From NCBI GenBank assembly GCA_016926735.1, contig JAFGOA010000213.1:1-18237 (forward strand): 18,237 nucleotides of DNA, written 5' to 3'. Below, in pieces: positions 10,507 through 18,237 of the stretch. This DNA comes from Promethearchaeota archaeon (GTDB lineage: Archaea; Asgardarchaeota; Lokiarchaeia; Sigyniarchaeales; SOKP01). The translations under genes and the position numbers were made by a program. The notes under the pieces were generated by a model. That model made no database searches, was not told the DNA's origin, and saw nothing but the letters and a program-made list of their open reading frames with translations. Every line of letters begins with the position of its first letter. Position 1 is the first letter of the stretch.

Positions 10507-10906
10507 AGTAAATTTATATATTTTCAATATTATTTATAGTTTTTTTTTATTTTTATAAATAAATAGTAAGAATAATACTAGAATTAAAGAGCAAAAACAT
10601 GAGAGAACTTATTTTCTAAAACTATAGGATTATATATCAATATCTTAAAGATAAAACTAAAATTATTAAATTACAATATAATTTTTTCAGGAAAAATAAT
10701 AGTTTATTCAAATGAAGGATAAGTATTATCTATTATAACAAACTCAACTATATCATTTATGTTTCCTATTCTACTGAAGATAGACTTTCAAGTGTATTAG
10801 TTCTATAAATTTATAAATTGTTAAACGGGAGGTTGAATATGCTCGAATTAATTAATTGAGAAATAAATTCTTTCAACATAGTAAAATTAATTTCTATTAA
10901 TATTAA

Positions 10907-11335
10907 TTATTCATGGTTTTTTGCTCTTATTAAAGCCACATGTATCGAAACAATTACTGCAATTATAATCAATAAAATTCGGATCCAAAGTATTTGAACT
11001 ATTATAATTGAAATTATCATGGTTATCCACAATAATGAGATTGTATAAATCCTTATTTTTATTGGAAGCCCTTTCCCTTCTCGAAAATCTTTTATATATT
11101 TTCCAAATATTTTATTATTTATAATCCAATTATAAGCTTTTTCCGAACTTCTGATATAACACGCTGCTGCTAAAAGTAGAAATGGTGTAGTAGGAAGAAT
11201 TGGTATTACAATACCTATTATCCCTAAAGCCAAACATACACTACCTGCAATATAAAATAATAATCGTTTTAGTTTACTTTTTGATAAGAATTCTTGGTTA
11301 AAATCACTTTTTCTTGAATTTGAATTTTCAGACAT
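10907..11335 (-). CDS. ybaN: YbaN/DUF454 family membrane protein
   Basis: Signature LGIIGIVIPILPTTPFLLLAAACYIRSS...W...FGKYI. Confidence 0.92.
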   Translation of the reverse strand: MSENSNSRKSDFNQEFLSKSKLKRLLFYIAGSVCLALGIIGIVIPILPTTPFLLLAAACYIRSSEKAYNWIINNKIFGKYIKDFREGKGLPIKIRIYTISLLWITMIISIIIVQILWIRILLIIIAVIVSIHVALIRAKNHE

Positions 11336-11485
11336 TATATATCTAAATTATATTGTTATAAAATAAATTACTCCTAATTTAGGTTATTACCATATAACTT
11401 TATTAATATCTTTTAGGATATTATAATTTTTAAAATATTGTTATATTACAACACTATAATTAATTTATGATCACTTTAAATAAAA

Positions 11486-11549
11486 CTTTTTTCTATGGAA
11501 AAGCTATATTTTAATGGAAAATGGATGCAAAATTACTGTTATGCAAAAG
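11486..11549 (+). repeat. Dispersed intergenic element, copy 2
   Basis: CTTTTTTCTATGGAAAA-GCT-ATATTTTAATGGAAAA followed by TGGATGCAAAA-TTACTG-TTATGCAAAAG. Confidence 0.8.
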
Positions 11550-11747
11550 GCGTTTTTAGAAACAATAAGCTCTATTTTATTAAAGATTGTGAAGATTAAA
11601 ATAACTAACCGAAAAGATTATCAAAATTGCTTTATCCCTAAATTTTATATGAAAGATATATAGGTATTTAACTACATTTTTTAAGATTTATAGAGAATTT
11701 TCATTACTTGAAATATTTATTCTTTTTTTGTTTATTATATTTAAAAA

Positions 11748-12122
11748 ATGAAGAAAAATTTTCTTTCCTTATATGAGAAAAATCATATAATCAAAAATGA
11801 TGAAAGATTTGAGTTATTTAACGAAATAAATAAAAAATATAATATAAAGAAAGTATTATATCCAGGAAGTTATGCACATATAACTCCTATTTTCGTATTT
11901 CCGTTAGTTATTTTTAATAACATCTATACGAAACTTCAAGAGTACTATGTTTTAGAAGAAATTAAAAATTATATTAATAAAAGAAAAATATATTCAAATC
12001 AACCTACTATTCATAAATATGCAGATTATAATAAATCTTGGTGCTGTGGACTTTTTTGTTCTTTTTCAATAACCTTTATATTCCTATCTATTATTATTTA
12101 TAATTTCACTTTTCTCCTATGA
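11748..12122 (+). pseudogene. Probably truncated conserved hypothetical protein (methyltransferase-like VLYPGS motif)
   Basis: The first ~97 aa look like a real domain (ERFELF...VLYPGSYAHITP..FP). The sequence then changes abruptly to a low-complexity hydrophobic tail ending in TGA, whereas the other credible genes end in TAA. Confidence 0.5.
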
Positions 12123-12168
12123 AATAAAGGAAGATTTAAATAAGATTCTAACTGATAATATCATAGTC

Positions 12169-12193
12169 ATTTCATATAGTAGTTATATGAAAT
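12169..12193. promoter_or_regulatory. Perfect 10-5-10 inverted repeat upstream of the GH5 gene (operator candidate)
   Basis: ATTTCATATA-GTAGT-TATATGAAAT, ending 56 bp before the ATG at 12250. Confidence 0.4.
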
Positions 12194-12249
12194 AATTTAT
12201 ACTTTTTTTATATTCAAAAGTAAATATTTCTGTAAAAAAGGTAAATAAA

Positions 12250-14889
12250 ATGTTAAAAATTATAAATAATAGATTTAAAAGACTAACACTTTTTATAGTT
12301 TTATTCTGGGGATTAATATTTAGTGCTATTTTACCATTTATCAATATACCTAATAATTATAATTCAAATGAAACGGAACTTAAATATGGAGCTGAAAAAA
12401 TTGTTGATAAATACGGAAGATTACAGGTTTACGGTTCTCATGTATGCTCAGAAACTGGAGAGCAAATTACTCTTGGTGGAATGAGCTTTTTCTGGAGTCA
12501 GTGGGCACCAGATTATTATACCGCCGATGTTGTTGATTATTTAGTTGATATCATGAAGGTTTCGGTCGTTAGAGCCGCATATGGAGTGGAGGAAGATATG
12601 GGTCCATCTGATACAGTAGAAGAAATAGAAACAGTTGTTGAAGCAGCAATAGATCGAGGTATCTATGTAATTATTGATTTTCATGGTGAAGGAAATCTCC
12701 TTCCATATGAGAGTTATGCGAGACAATTTTTCGGAGATATGGCCCAAAAATATGGTAATACACCAAATGTTATATATGAATTATATAATGAGCCAACGTC
12801 GCAATCAACTACGGAAATTCAACAATATTGTCAAAATGTTGCTAATGAAATTAGACGATATGATCCTGACAACTTAATTTTATGTGGATCACACGAATGG
12901 TCACAACATCCTGATTCTTATACAATAACAGACTCTAATGCAGCATATACTTTCCATGGGTACCCCGATACCTATGGAGGTCATTTACAGAATTTTTATA
13001 ATAATGTTGGGGCGGCTATGGATGCAGGTAGTGCAGTATGGGTAACAGAATTTGGAGGAAATGGTGACCAAACTAGCGCCACTGAGGAAATGATAAATGC
13101 ATGTCAAGACATGGGTATTAGTATGTGTGCATGGTCAGTACATCATAAAGATGAGGTTTGGTCAATATTTGCACCTAATGTGTTTATGGGACCATTAACG
13201 TCTTGGGGAAATTATTTGAAAGCCAAATTTGAAAATTGGCCCGGAGGGAAAACATACGATTATTATTTACTTACATCAACAATTGGGGGAGGTAGCGTAA
13301 CACGTTCAGGTGGCTATCAAAGTGGAGAAATTGCAACTGTAGAAGCAACCGCTGATAAATATTGGACATTTGATCATTGGGAAGGTGATCTCAGCGGGAG
13401 TCAAAATCCTGCGACTATTACAATGAATTCTGATAAATCAATCACTGCAGTATTCACTGGTGGTCCAGATTATTATTTAACTACAGCAATATCTGGGCTA
13501 GGTAGCGTATCTCCATCTTCAAGTGGCTATTTAAGTGGAGAAATTGCAACTGTAGAAGCAATACCTTCTACTGGTTGGACATTTGATCATTGGGAAGGTG
13601 ATCTCAGCGGGAGTCAAAATCCTGCGACTGTTTCAATGGATTCTGATAAGTTTGCCTATGCAATATTCACTGGCGGTCCACAAACTGACAATTTAGCGGC
13701 ATTTAAATTAACAAAAGAGTCTTCAGCTGAATTTAGTACGGCAAGCGCTGCTCAAGCTGTTGATTTAGACGATACAACACGTTGGTCATCTCTATGGAGT
13801 GTTCCTCAATGGATTTATGTTGATCTTGTAAATACTTATATTATTAATCAAGTCGTCATAAGTTGGGAAGATGCTTATGCAAATCAATATCAAATTCAAG
13901 TTTCAGATGATGCAACTAGCTGGACTACAGTTTATACAGAATCCGGTGGAAATGGAGGTATAGTTACCATCTCATTCACACCAACTCCTGCTAGATATGT
14001 TCGTTTGTATTGCACTGCCAAAGCAACTGAATGGGGAATCTCAGTTTGGGAATTTGAAGTCTATGGAGAGGAACCTCGTGATTGTTATTTAACTACAGCA
14101 GTATCTGGGCTAGGTAGCGTATCTCCATCTTCAGGTGGTTATGATTTTGGAGACATTGAAACTATACAAGCAATACCTTCTTCTGGTTGGACATTTGATC
14201 ATTGGGAAGGTGATATCAGCGGGAGTCAAAATCCTGTGACTATTACAATGGATTCTGATAAGTTTATCTATGCAATATTCACTGGTGGTCCACAAACTGA
14301 TAATTTAGCGGCATATAAAGCAGTTTTCGTGTCTTCAATTGAAGGTGAAAATTTTATCGGTTCTAATGCCGTTGATATGAACGCTGGTACACGTTGGGCA
14401 TCTGCATTTAATGAACCTGAGTGGATTTATATTGATCTTGTAGATAATTATAATATTAATCAAGTCGTTCTAAATTGGGAATCTGCTTATGCAACAGCCT
14501 ATGAAATTCAAGTTTCAGATGATGCAACTAGTTGGAGTACAGTTTATTCCACAACCAATGGAGATGGAGGTTTAGATTCCATCTCATTCACACCGACTAG
14601 TACTAGATATGTTTGTATGTATGGAATTACTCGAGCACTTCAATACGGATTCTCACTTTATGAATTTGAAGTTTATGGAGAAGCATCTGAGTTTCAAAAT
14701 GGTGATGTTAATCATGATGGTAATGTAGATATTATTGATGCATTATTGATCGCACAATACTATGTAGGTTTAAATCCTCAACCATTTTATCCCGAACAAG
14801 CTGATGTAAATCATGATGGAACTATAAATATTGTGGATGCTTTACTTGTCGCTCAAGCATATGTAGGGTTAATAGACTTACCACCATAA
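12250..14889 (+). CDS. Secreted modular glycoside hydrolase: GH5 (cellulase-like), 3 InlB-B-type repeats, 2 F5/8 type C (CBM32) domains and a C-terminal dockerin
   Basis: N-terminal TM/signal; GMSFFWS, IYVIIDFH, IYELYNEP (acid/base Glu) and VWVTEFG (nucleophile Glu); three WTFDHWEGD.SGSQNP repeats; two AVD...TRW.S...WIY.DL...EFEVYG domains; twin DVNHDG..NI.DALL.AQ.YVG calcium loops. Confidence 0.93.
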   Translation: MLKIINNRFKRLTLFIVLFWGLIFSAILPFINIPNNYNSNETELKYGAEKIVDKYGRLQVYGSHVCSETGEQITLGGMSFFWSQWAPDYYTADVVDYLVDIMKVSVVRAAYGVEEDMGPSDTVEEIETVVEAAIDRGIYVIIDFHGEGNLLPYESYARQFFGDMAQKYGNTPNVIYELYNEPTSQSTTEIQQYCQNVANEIRRYDPDNLILCGSHEWSQHPDSYTITDSNAAYTFHGYPDTYGGHLQNFYNNVGAAMDAGSAVWVTEFGGNGDQTSATEEMINACQDMGISMCAWSVHHKDEVWSIFAPNVFMGPLTSWGNYLKAKFENWPGGKTYDYYLLTSTIGGGSVTRSGGYQSGEIATVEATADKYWTFDHWEGDLSGSQNPATITMNSDKSITAVFTGGPDYYLTTAISGLGSVSPSSSGYLSGEIATVEAIPSTGWTFDHWEGDLSGSQNPATVSMDSDKFAYAIFTGGPQTDNLAAFKLTKESSAEFSTASAAQAVDLDDTTRWSSLWSVPQWIYVDLVNTYIINQVVISWEDAYANQYQIQVSDDATSWTTVYTESGGNGGIVTISFTPTPARYVRLYCTAKATEWGISVWEFEVYGEEPRDCYLTTAVSGLGSVSPSSGGYDFGDIETIQAIPSSGWTFDHWEGDISGSQNPVTITMDSDKFIYAIFTGGPQTDNLAAYKAVFVSSIEGENFIGSNAVDMNAGTRWASAFNEPEWIYIDLVDNYNINQVVLNWESAYATAYEIQVSDDATSWSTVYSTTNGDGGLDSISFTPTSTRYVCMYGITRALQYGFSLYEFEVYGEASEFQNGDVNHDGNVDIIDALLIAQYYVGLNPQPFYPEQADVNHDGTINIVDALLVAQAYVGLIDLPP
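13258..14682 (+). repeat. Intragenic duplications in the GH5 gene (210-bp and 612-bp offsets)
   Basis: Near-identical DNA blocks (e.g. tggacatttgatcattgggaaggtgat.tcagcgggagtcaaaatcctg) in units starting ~13258, 13468 and 14080. Confidence 0.85.
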
Positions 14890-14934
14890 AAAACAATTAT
14901 AATACAATAAAAATCCCAAAAAATAGCTAAAAAC

Positions 14935-14950
14935 TTTTTTTTTTTATTTT
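14935..14950 (+). terminator. Oligo-T tract terminator candidate
   Basis: T11 run about 45 bp after the GH5 stop. Confidence 0.4.
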
Positions 14951-15069
14951 AAACTATAAGACAATATTAAATAATTCGAATTCTAAGAATATTATATTTA
15001 ATATTATTATAAACTAAAATTTTTAAACCTCTATCTAATAAATTAGAATTATTTAGATTTAGAAAAAAT

Positions 15070-15134
15070 CTTTTTCTATGGAAAAACTGAATATTTTAAT
15101 GGAAATGGAAATCAAAAAGTGCGTATTCCTAATC
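15070..15134 (+). repeat. Dispersed intergenic element, copy 3
   Basis: CTTTTTCTATGGAAAAA-CTGA-ATATTTTAATGGAAAT followed by GGAAATCAAAA-AGTGCG-TATTCCTAATC (degenerate core). Confidence 0.8.
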
Positions 15135-15335
15135 TCCTTCTAACAGGAAAATCCTCTCATATCATAAAAGTATAAGAATTTTTATAATTTCTAAAGAAAA
15201 GGATTAATTCCATTATCAAATCTTTGAAATCTTATAAAAATTTATATTCTTCCAACAGATTTTTTATTTAAATATAATGATAAGATAAAATATGCATAGT
15301 TTTAATAATTCCTATAAAAACAAATATTGATAAAA

Positions 15336-15503
15336 ATGAACAAGACAAATTTAAAAATTCAAAATTTAGAGATAGAGAATACTGAAGAATTCATGAAAAT
15401 AAGAAAATCATGGGAATATCCATTGAAAAGAAGGGAATTTTTACCAAAACCAGAAAAGAATATGATGAAATCATATTGTAATGAAAGAATTCAAGGTCAA
15501 TGA
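15336..15503 (+). CDS. Possible small ORF or gene remnant (55 aa)
   Basis: Manual translation MNKTNLKIQNLEIENTEEFMKIRKSWEYPLKRREFLPKPEKNMMKSYCNERIQGQ*. Purine-rich, coding-like composition; below the ORF track cutoff. Confidence 0.25.
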   Translation: MNKTNLKIQNLEIENTEEFMKIRKSWEYPLKRREFLPKPEKNMMKSYCNERIQGQ

Positions 15504-15588
15504 GTATATAACACTCAAACCAGAAGGTAAAATTATTAAAATCAAGACTTATTAATTTACAGATATAGACGATTTTATAGTTATTAAG

Positions 15589-16965
15589 ATGAGGAAATCA
15601 CGCTCAAAAAAAGCAATCAAAAAGATTGGAATAGGATTTCTGATGTTAGGAATTGTTATTATGAGCTTCCAATTAGCATTGATGTTCCAAAAGAAAAGAA
15701 TTAATGATAAAGAGATACCAAAAGAATTTATTGGTTATTTTATTGATGGTGAAAATGGAAATGATACAAATCCAGGAACTTTTGAATTACCATGGAAGAC
15801 TATTACAAAAGCAGCTAATACTTTAGTCGCAAATGATACGGTTTACATAAAGTCAGGGATTTATAATGAGAGAATTGTTCCAAATAACTCTGGAAGCTCT
15901 GGAAAGTATATTACATATACCGCTTATCCTGGTGATATTGTAACTATTGATGGTACGGGTATGTCTTTTGGATATACTCAAGGATTAGTTCATATAGAGA
16001 ATATAAATTATATCAAAATTTTAGGATTAAGAATTGAAAACTCTGTATATACAGGAATTCAAGTGAGAGGAAATTGTGATCATATAATAATTAAAGATAA
16101 TTATGTATATAAAAGTCAATGTAGTGGTATCCATGTTCATGATAATTATCGGACTTGTAAGATAACTAACCTAACTATTGATGGGAATGAAATTTCAAAT
16201 ACAAATAATAATAGCAATCAAGAGGCAATTTCACTTGAGGGATTTGTGGATACATTCGAAATAAAAAATAATTACATCCATGATATACTTGGTAATAAAG
16301 AGGGGATCGATGTAAAGTGTGGTGGTTCAAATGGTAGGATCTATGAAAATTTAATACATAATGCATGGGTCGGTATTTATATTGATGCTTTTAATGAATT
16401 CAACAATAATATTAAAATCTTCAGAAATTTTGTTTATGATAATCTAGATGGTATAACTATAGCGACTGAAAGTGGTGGTAGTATTGAAAATATTACTATT
16501 TGTAACAATATTGTATTCAATAATAATAGGAGTGGTTGTGCAATCGAACGATATGACACTCCTGGAACACATTTCAAAAAAAATATTATAGTAATAAATA
16601 ATATCTTTTGGAATAATAAATGGGGTTTTTTCCTTGTAGAAAATAAAACTAGAATTGAAAATTTTGTAATAAGAAATAATATTATAAGTGATCATTTAAG
16701 GGGAATTTATTTTAGTAAATACGATATGGAAGATGTTACTATAATAGATCATAATTTGTTTTATAATTCAATCAATATTTATGGTGATTATGCTGTTCAT
16801 GGAGACCCTAAATTTGTTAATCCCTATGGTTTGGATTTTCATCTCCTACCAGATTCACCAGCAATAAACGCTGGTTCATCTAATTACGCACCTATAGAAG
16901 ATTTTGATGGAATTCCCCGACCTCAAGGGATTATATATGATATCGGAGCATATGAATATTGGTAA
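15589..16965 (+). CDS. Membrane-anchored right-handed parallel beta-helix protein (DUF1565 / pectate-lyase-like fold, choice-of-anchor-Q-like C-terminus)
   Basis: N-terminal TM; GNDTNPGT..PWKTI.KAA...DTVYIKSGIYNE; many I.I.NN.I repeats; C-terminal DPKFV...DFHL..DSPAINAG...DFDG.PRPQG...DIGAYE. Confidence 0.88.
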   Translation: MRKSRSKKAIKKIGIGFLMLGIVIMSFQLALMFQKKRINDKEIPKEFIGYFIDGENGNDTNPGTFELPWKTITKAANTLVANDTVYIKSGIYNERIVPNNSGSSGKYITYTAYPGDIVTIDGTGMSFGYTQGLVHIENINYIKILGLRIENSVYTGIQVRGNCDHIIIKDNYVYKSQCSGIHVHDNYRTCKITNLTIDGNEISNTNNNSNQEAISLEGFVDTFEIKNNYIHDILGNKEGIDVKCGGSNGRIYENLIHNAWVGIYIDAFNEFNNNIKIFRNFVYDNLDGITIATESGGSIENITICNNIVFNNNRSGCAIERYDTPGTHFKKNIIVINNIFWNNKWGFFLVENKTRIENFVIRNNIISDHLRGIYFSKYDMEDVTIIDHNLFYNSINIYGDYAVHGDPKFVNPYGLDFHLLPDSPAINAGSSNYAPIEDFDGIPRPQGIIYDIGAYEYW

Positions 16966-17015
16966 AAATATTATAATTCAATATTTAGAGAATTTAAAAA
17001 TTATTAAAATCTTCA

Positions 17016-17078
17016 CTTTCTATGGAAAAGTTGGATAATCTAATGGAAAATCTTCGTGAAACCTCTATTTCACGCATT
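17016..17078 (+). repeat. Dispersed intergenic element, copy 4
   Basis: CTTTCTATGGAAAAG-TTGG-ATAATCTAATGGAAAA followed by TCTTCGTGAAA-CCTCTA-TTTCACGCATT. The arms contain a perfect CGTGAAA/TTTCACG inverted repeat around a 6-bp spacer. Confidence 0.75.
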
Positions 17079-17158
17079 TTCATATATAAATAAATATGAT
17101 AAAATCCAAAATAATTGAATAACATATATCTTTAATAAAAAAAAAGAAAAAAAAGTAT

Positions 17159-17629
17159 TTAATTAAAGTTTTCATCGTAAGTTATGGCATATTTTTGAGT
17201 AAATTCTGATTTATATAGTCCAATTTTATTATTTATATTTTGATATCCTATTTCTATATCTATTTCAAAAATAATTTGATCTCCATGTTCTAAATTTTGT
17301 CCATACAAGGGATGATTTTGATAATCATTGTTTCCTCCCATAATTAATCCATTTAATGACTCTTCAGTATCAAATTCAATTTGGAAACTTACTGGTTGAT
17401 TTTTATTCCAATATTTTAATGTTTGGTTAAAATCTACTCCTAATCGAGCTTGTGTTGGATTAATATCACTTATTTGGAAATAGTTTGTAACTTCTGGATC
17501 TTCTGAACTGAGTAAATTTCTGAAAAAAAATATACTTCTTGCAATAAAATTGACTGGTGTAGGTATTTTAATAAGACCTGCAAGGAAAGCATAAACCATA
17601 TAAGCAATGTTCCAAAAGATATTATTCAT
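17159..17629 (-). CDS. Hypothetical protein or 3' fragment of a larger gene
   Basis: Protein-like sequence from MNNIFW... to TAA, followed by a T-tract on the minus strand (17136-17153). The track's extension to 17701 overlaps the + strand repeat frame and is probably not real. Confidence 0.5.
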   Translation of the reverse strand: MNNIFWNIAYMVYAFLAGLIKIPTPVNFIARSIFFFRNLLSSEDPEVTNYFQISDINPTQARLGVDFNQTLKYWNKNQPVSFQIEFDTEESLNGLIMGGNNDYQNHPLYGQNLEHGDQIIFEIDIEIGYQNINNKIGLYKSEFTQKYAITYDENFN

Positions 17630-18172
17630 GTTATTTGGCAAGATTCCACTCAAGGAATATGGGGATCTGATATGGAAATTATATATATCTTCTACAATCA
17701 ATCGATTGGATGGTCTAATATAACCATTATTTCAGATGATTTAACTAATTGGAATGATGGATTAAGTTTTCGATCAGATATATATATTGATTTTCAAAAT
17801 AATTTACATATTGTATGGGTAGATGGTACAGATGGACTATAGGGTACTGATCAAGAAATCATGTATATATCCTTCCTTCAAGATTCAGGATGGTCAAATG
17901 TTACAATAATCTCTGATGATAATAATAGGTGGAATAATGATATAAATGAGAATCCAGATATCGCAATTGATAATACAGGTAAACCACATATAGTATGGAG
18001 TGATAGAACAAATAGTTCATAGGGTTATGATCCGGAAATAATGTATAATTATGTTTCTAAGATTAAAACTAATAATAGAATCTCTTTAGGTATAGATTTC
18101 ATATTTATTATGATTGTTACATTTATGGGATTATTGGTTTATATAAGAAAAAGCTATAAATTCCTAGACTAA
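17624..18172 (+). pseudogene. 5'-truncated 60-aa-repeat (beta-propeller-like) surface protein with a C-terminal TM anchor, interrupted by two in-frame TAG codons
   Basis: Manual translation: IHVIWQDSTQGIWGSDMEIIY...GWSNITIISDD..WND...LHIVWVDGTDGL*GTDQEIMY...GWSNVTIISDD..WNN...PDIAID..GKPHIVWSDRTNSS*GYDPEIMY...IFIMIVTFMGLLVYIRKSYKFLD, then TAA and a long T-tract. Confidence 0.85.
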
Positions 18173-18193
18173 TTTTTTTCTTTTTTTTTTTTT
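18173..18193 (+). terminator. Oligo-T tract terminator candidate
   Basis: T7-C-T13 immediately after the TAA at 18170-18172. Confidence 0.5.
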
Positions 18194-18237
18194 AAATTCA
18201 TATTTCTAACTAATGAATTTTTTAAAATTATTTATAA

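Noticed and set aside
10682-10696. TTTTTTCAGGAAAAA, resembling the element's palindrome
   Set aside because: Lacks the second ATGGAAA box and the core; plausible by chance in AT-rich DNA.
12541-12877. 68-aa minus and 67-aa plus ORFs
   Set aside because: Lie within the GH5 catalytic domain in other frames.
16175-16695. Two minus-strand ORFs (63 and 83 aa)
   Set aside because: Antisense shadows of the beta-helix gene.
7884-17078. Dispersed element read as CRISPR repeats or canonical integron attC sites
   Set aside because: Copies are kilobases apart rather than separated by 30-40 bp spacers. There are no RYYYAAC/GTTRRRY ends or long attC hairpin, and no cas or intI gene in the window.
1-18237. 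Genome-wide TAG-to-Trp code reassignment
   Set aside because: The long genes use TGG for many Trp residues and contain no in-frame TAG, so any readthrough would be local rather than general.
1-18237. tRNA, rRNA, transposase or integrase genes
   Set aside because: No GC-rich structured RNA segment and no DDE or tyrosine-recombinase motif seen in any ORF.

Overview
A very AT-rich window that looks archaeal: it has an ABCE1/Rli1 gene, oligo-T tracts after genes and TATA-like boxes. The protein styles suggest an Asgard (Loki/Hel-like) archaeon, which is inference only. The left part holds a DUF2846-like protein, a divergent ABCE1, an ELWxxDGT-repeat surface protein and a membrane protein. From ~5.8 kb onward it is an accessory region: a hypothetical membrane protein, an oxidative-stress block (GC-rich catalase, DPS-like ferritin, YbaN), a truncated gene, a modular GH5-CBM32-dockerin glycosidase, a beta-helix protein and two back-to-back gene fragments. 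Main finding 1: a ~65-bp intergenic element (palindromic TTTTCYATGGAAAA, a second ATGGAAA box, then an in-register 11-6-11 dif-like core) recurs in the same orientation at ~7.9, 11.5, 15.1 and 17.0 kb, with a core-only copy at 5.8 kb. It divides the region into 2-3.6 kb modules, as in a recombinase-driven cassette array. Main finding 2: an unannotated repeat-protein frame at 17.6-18.2 kb in which a conserved Trp codon is TAG in two consecutive repeats.
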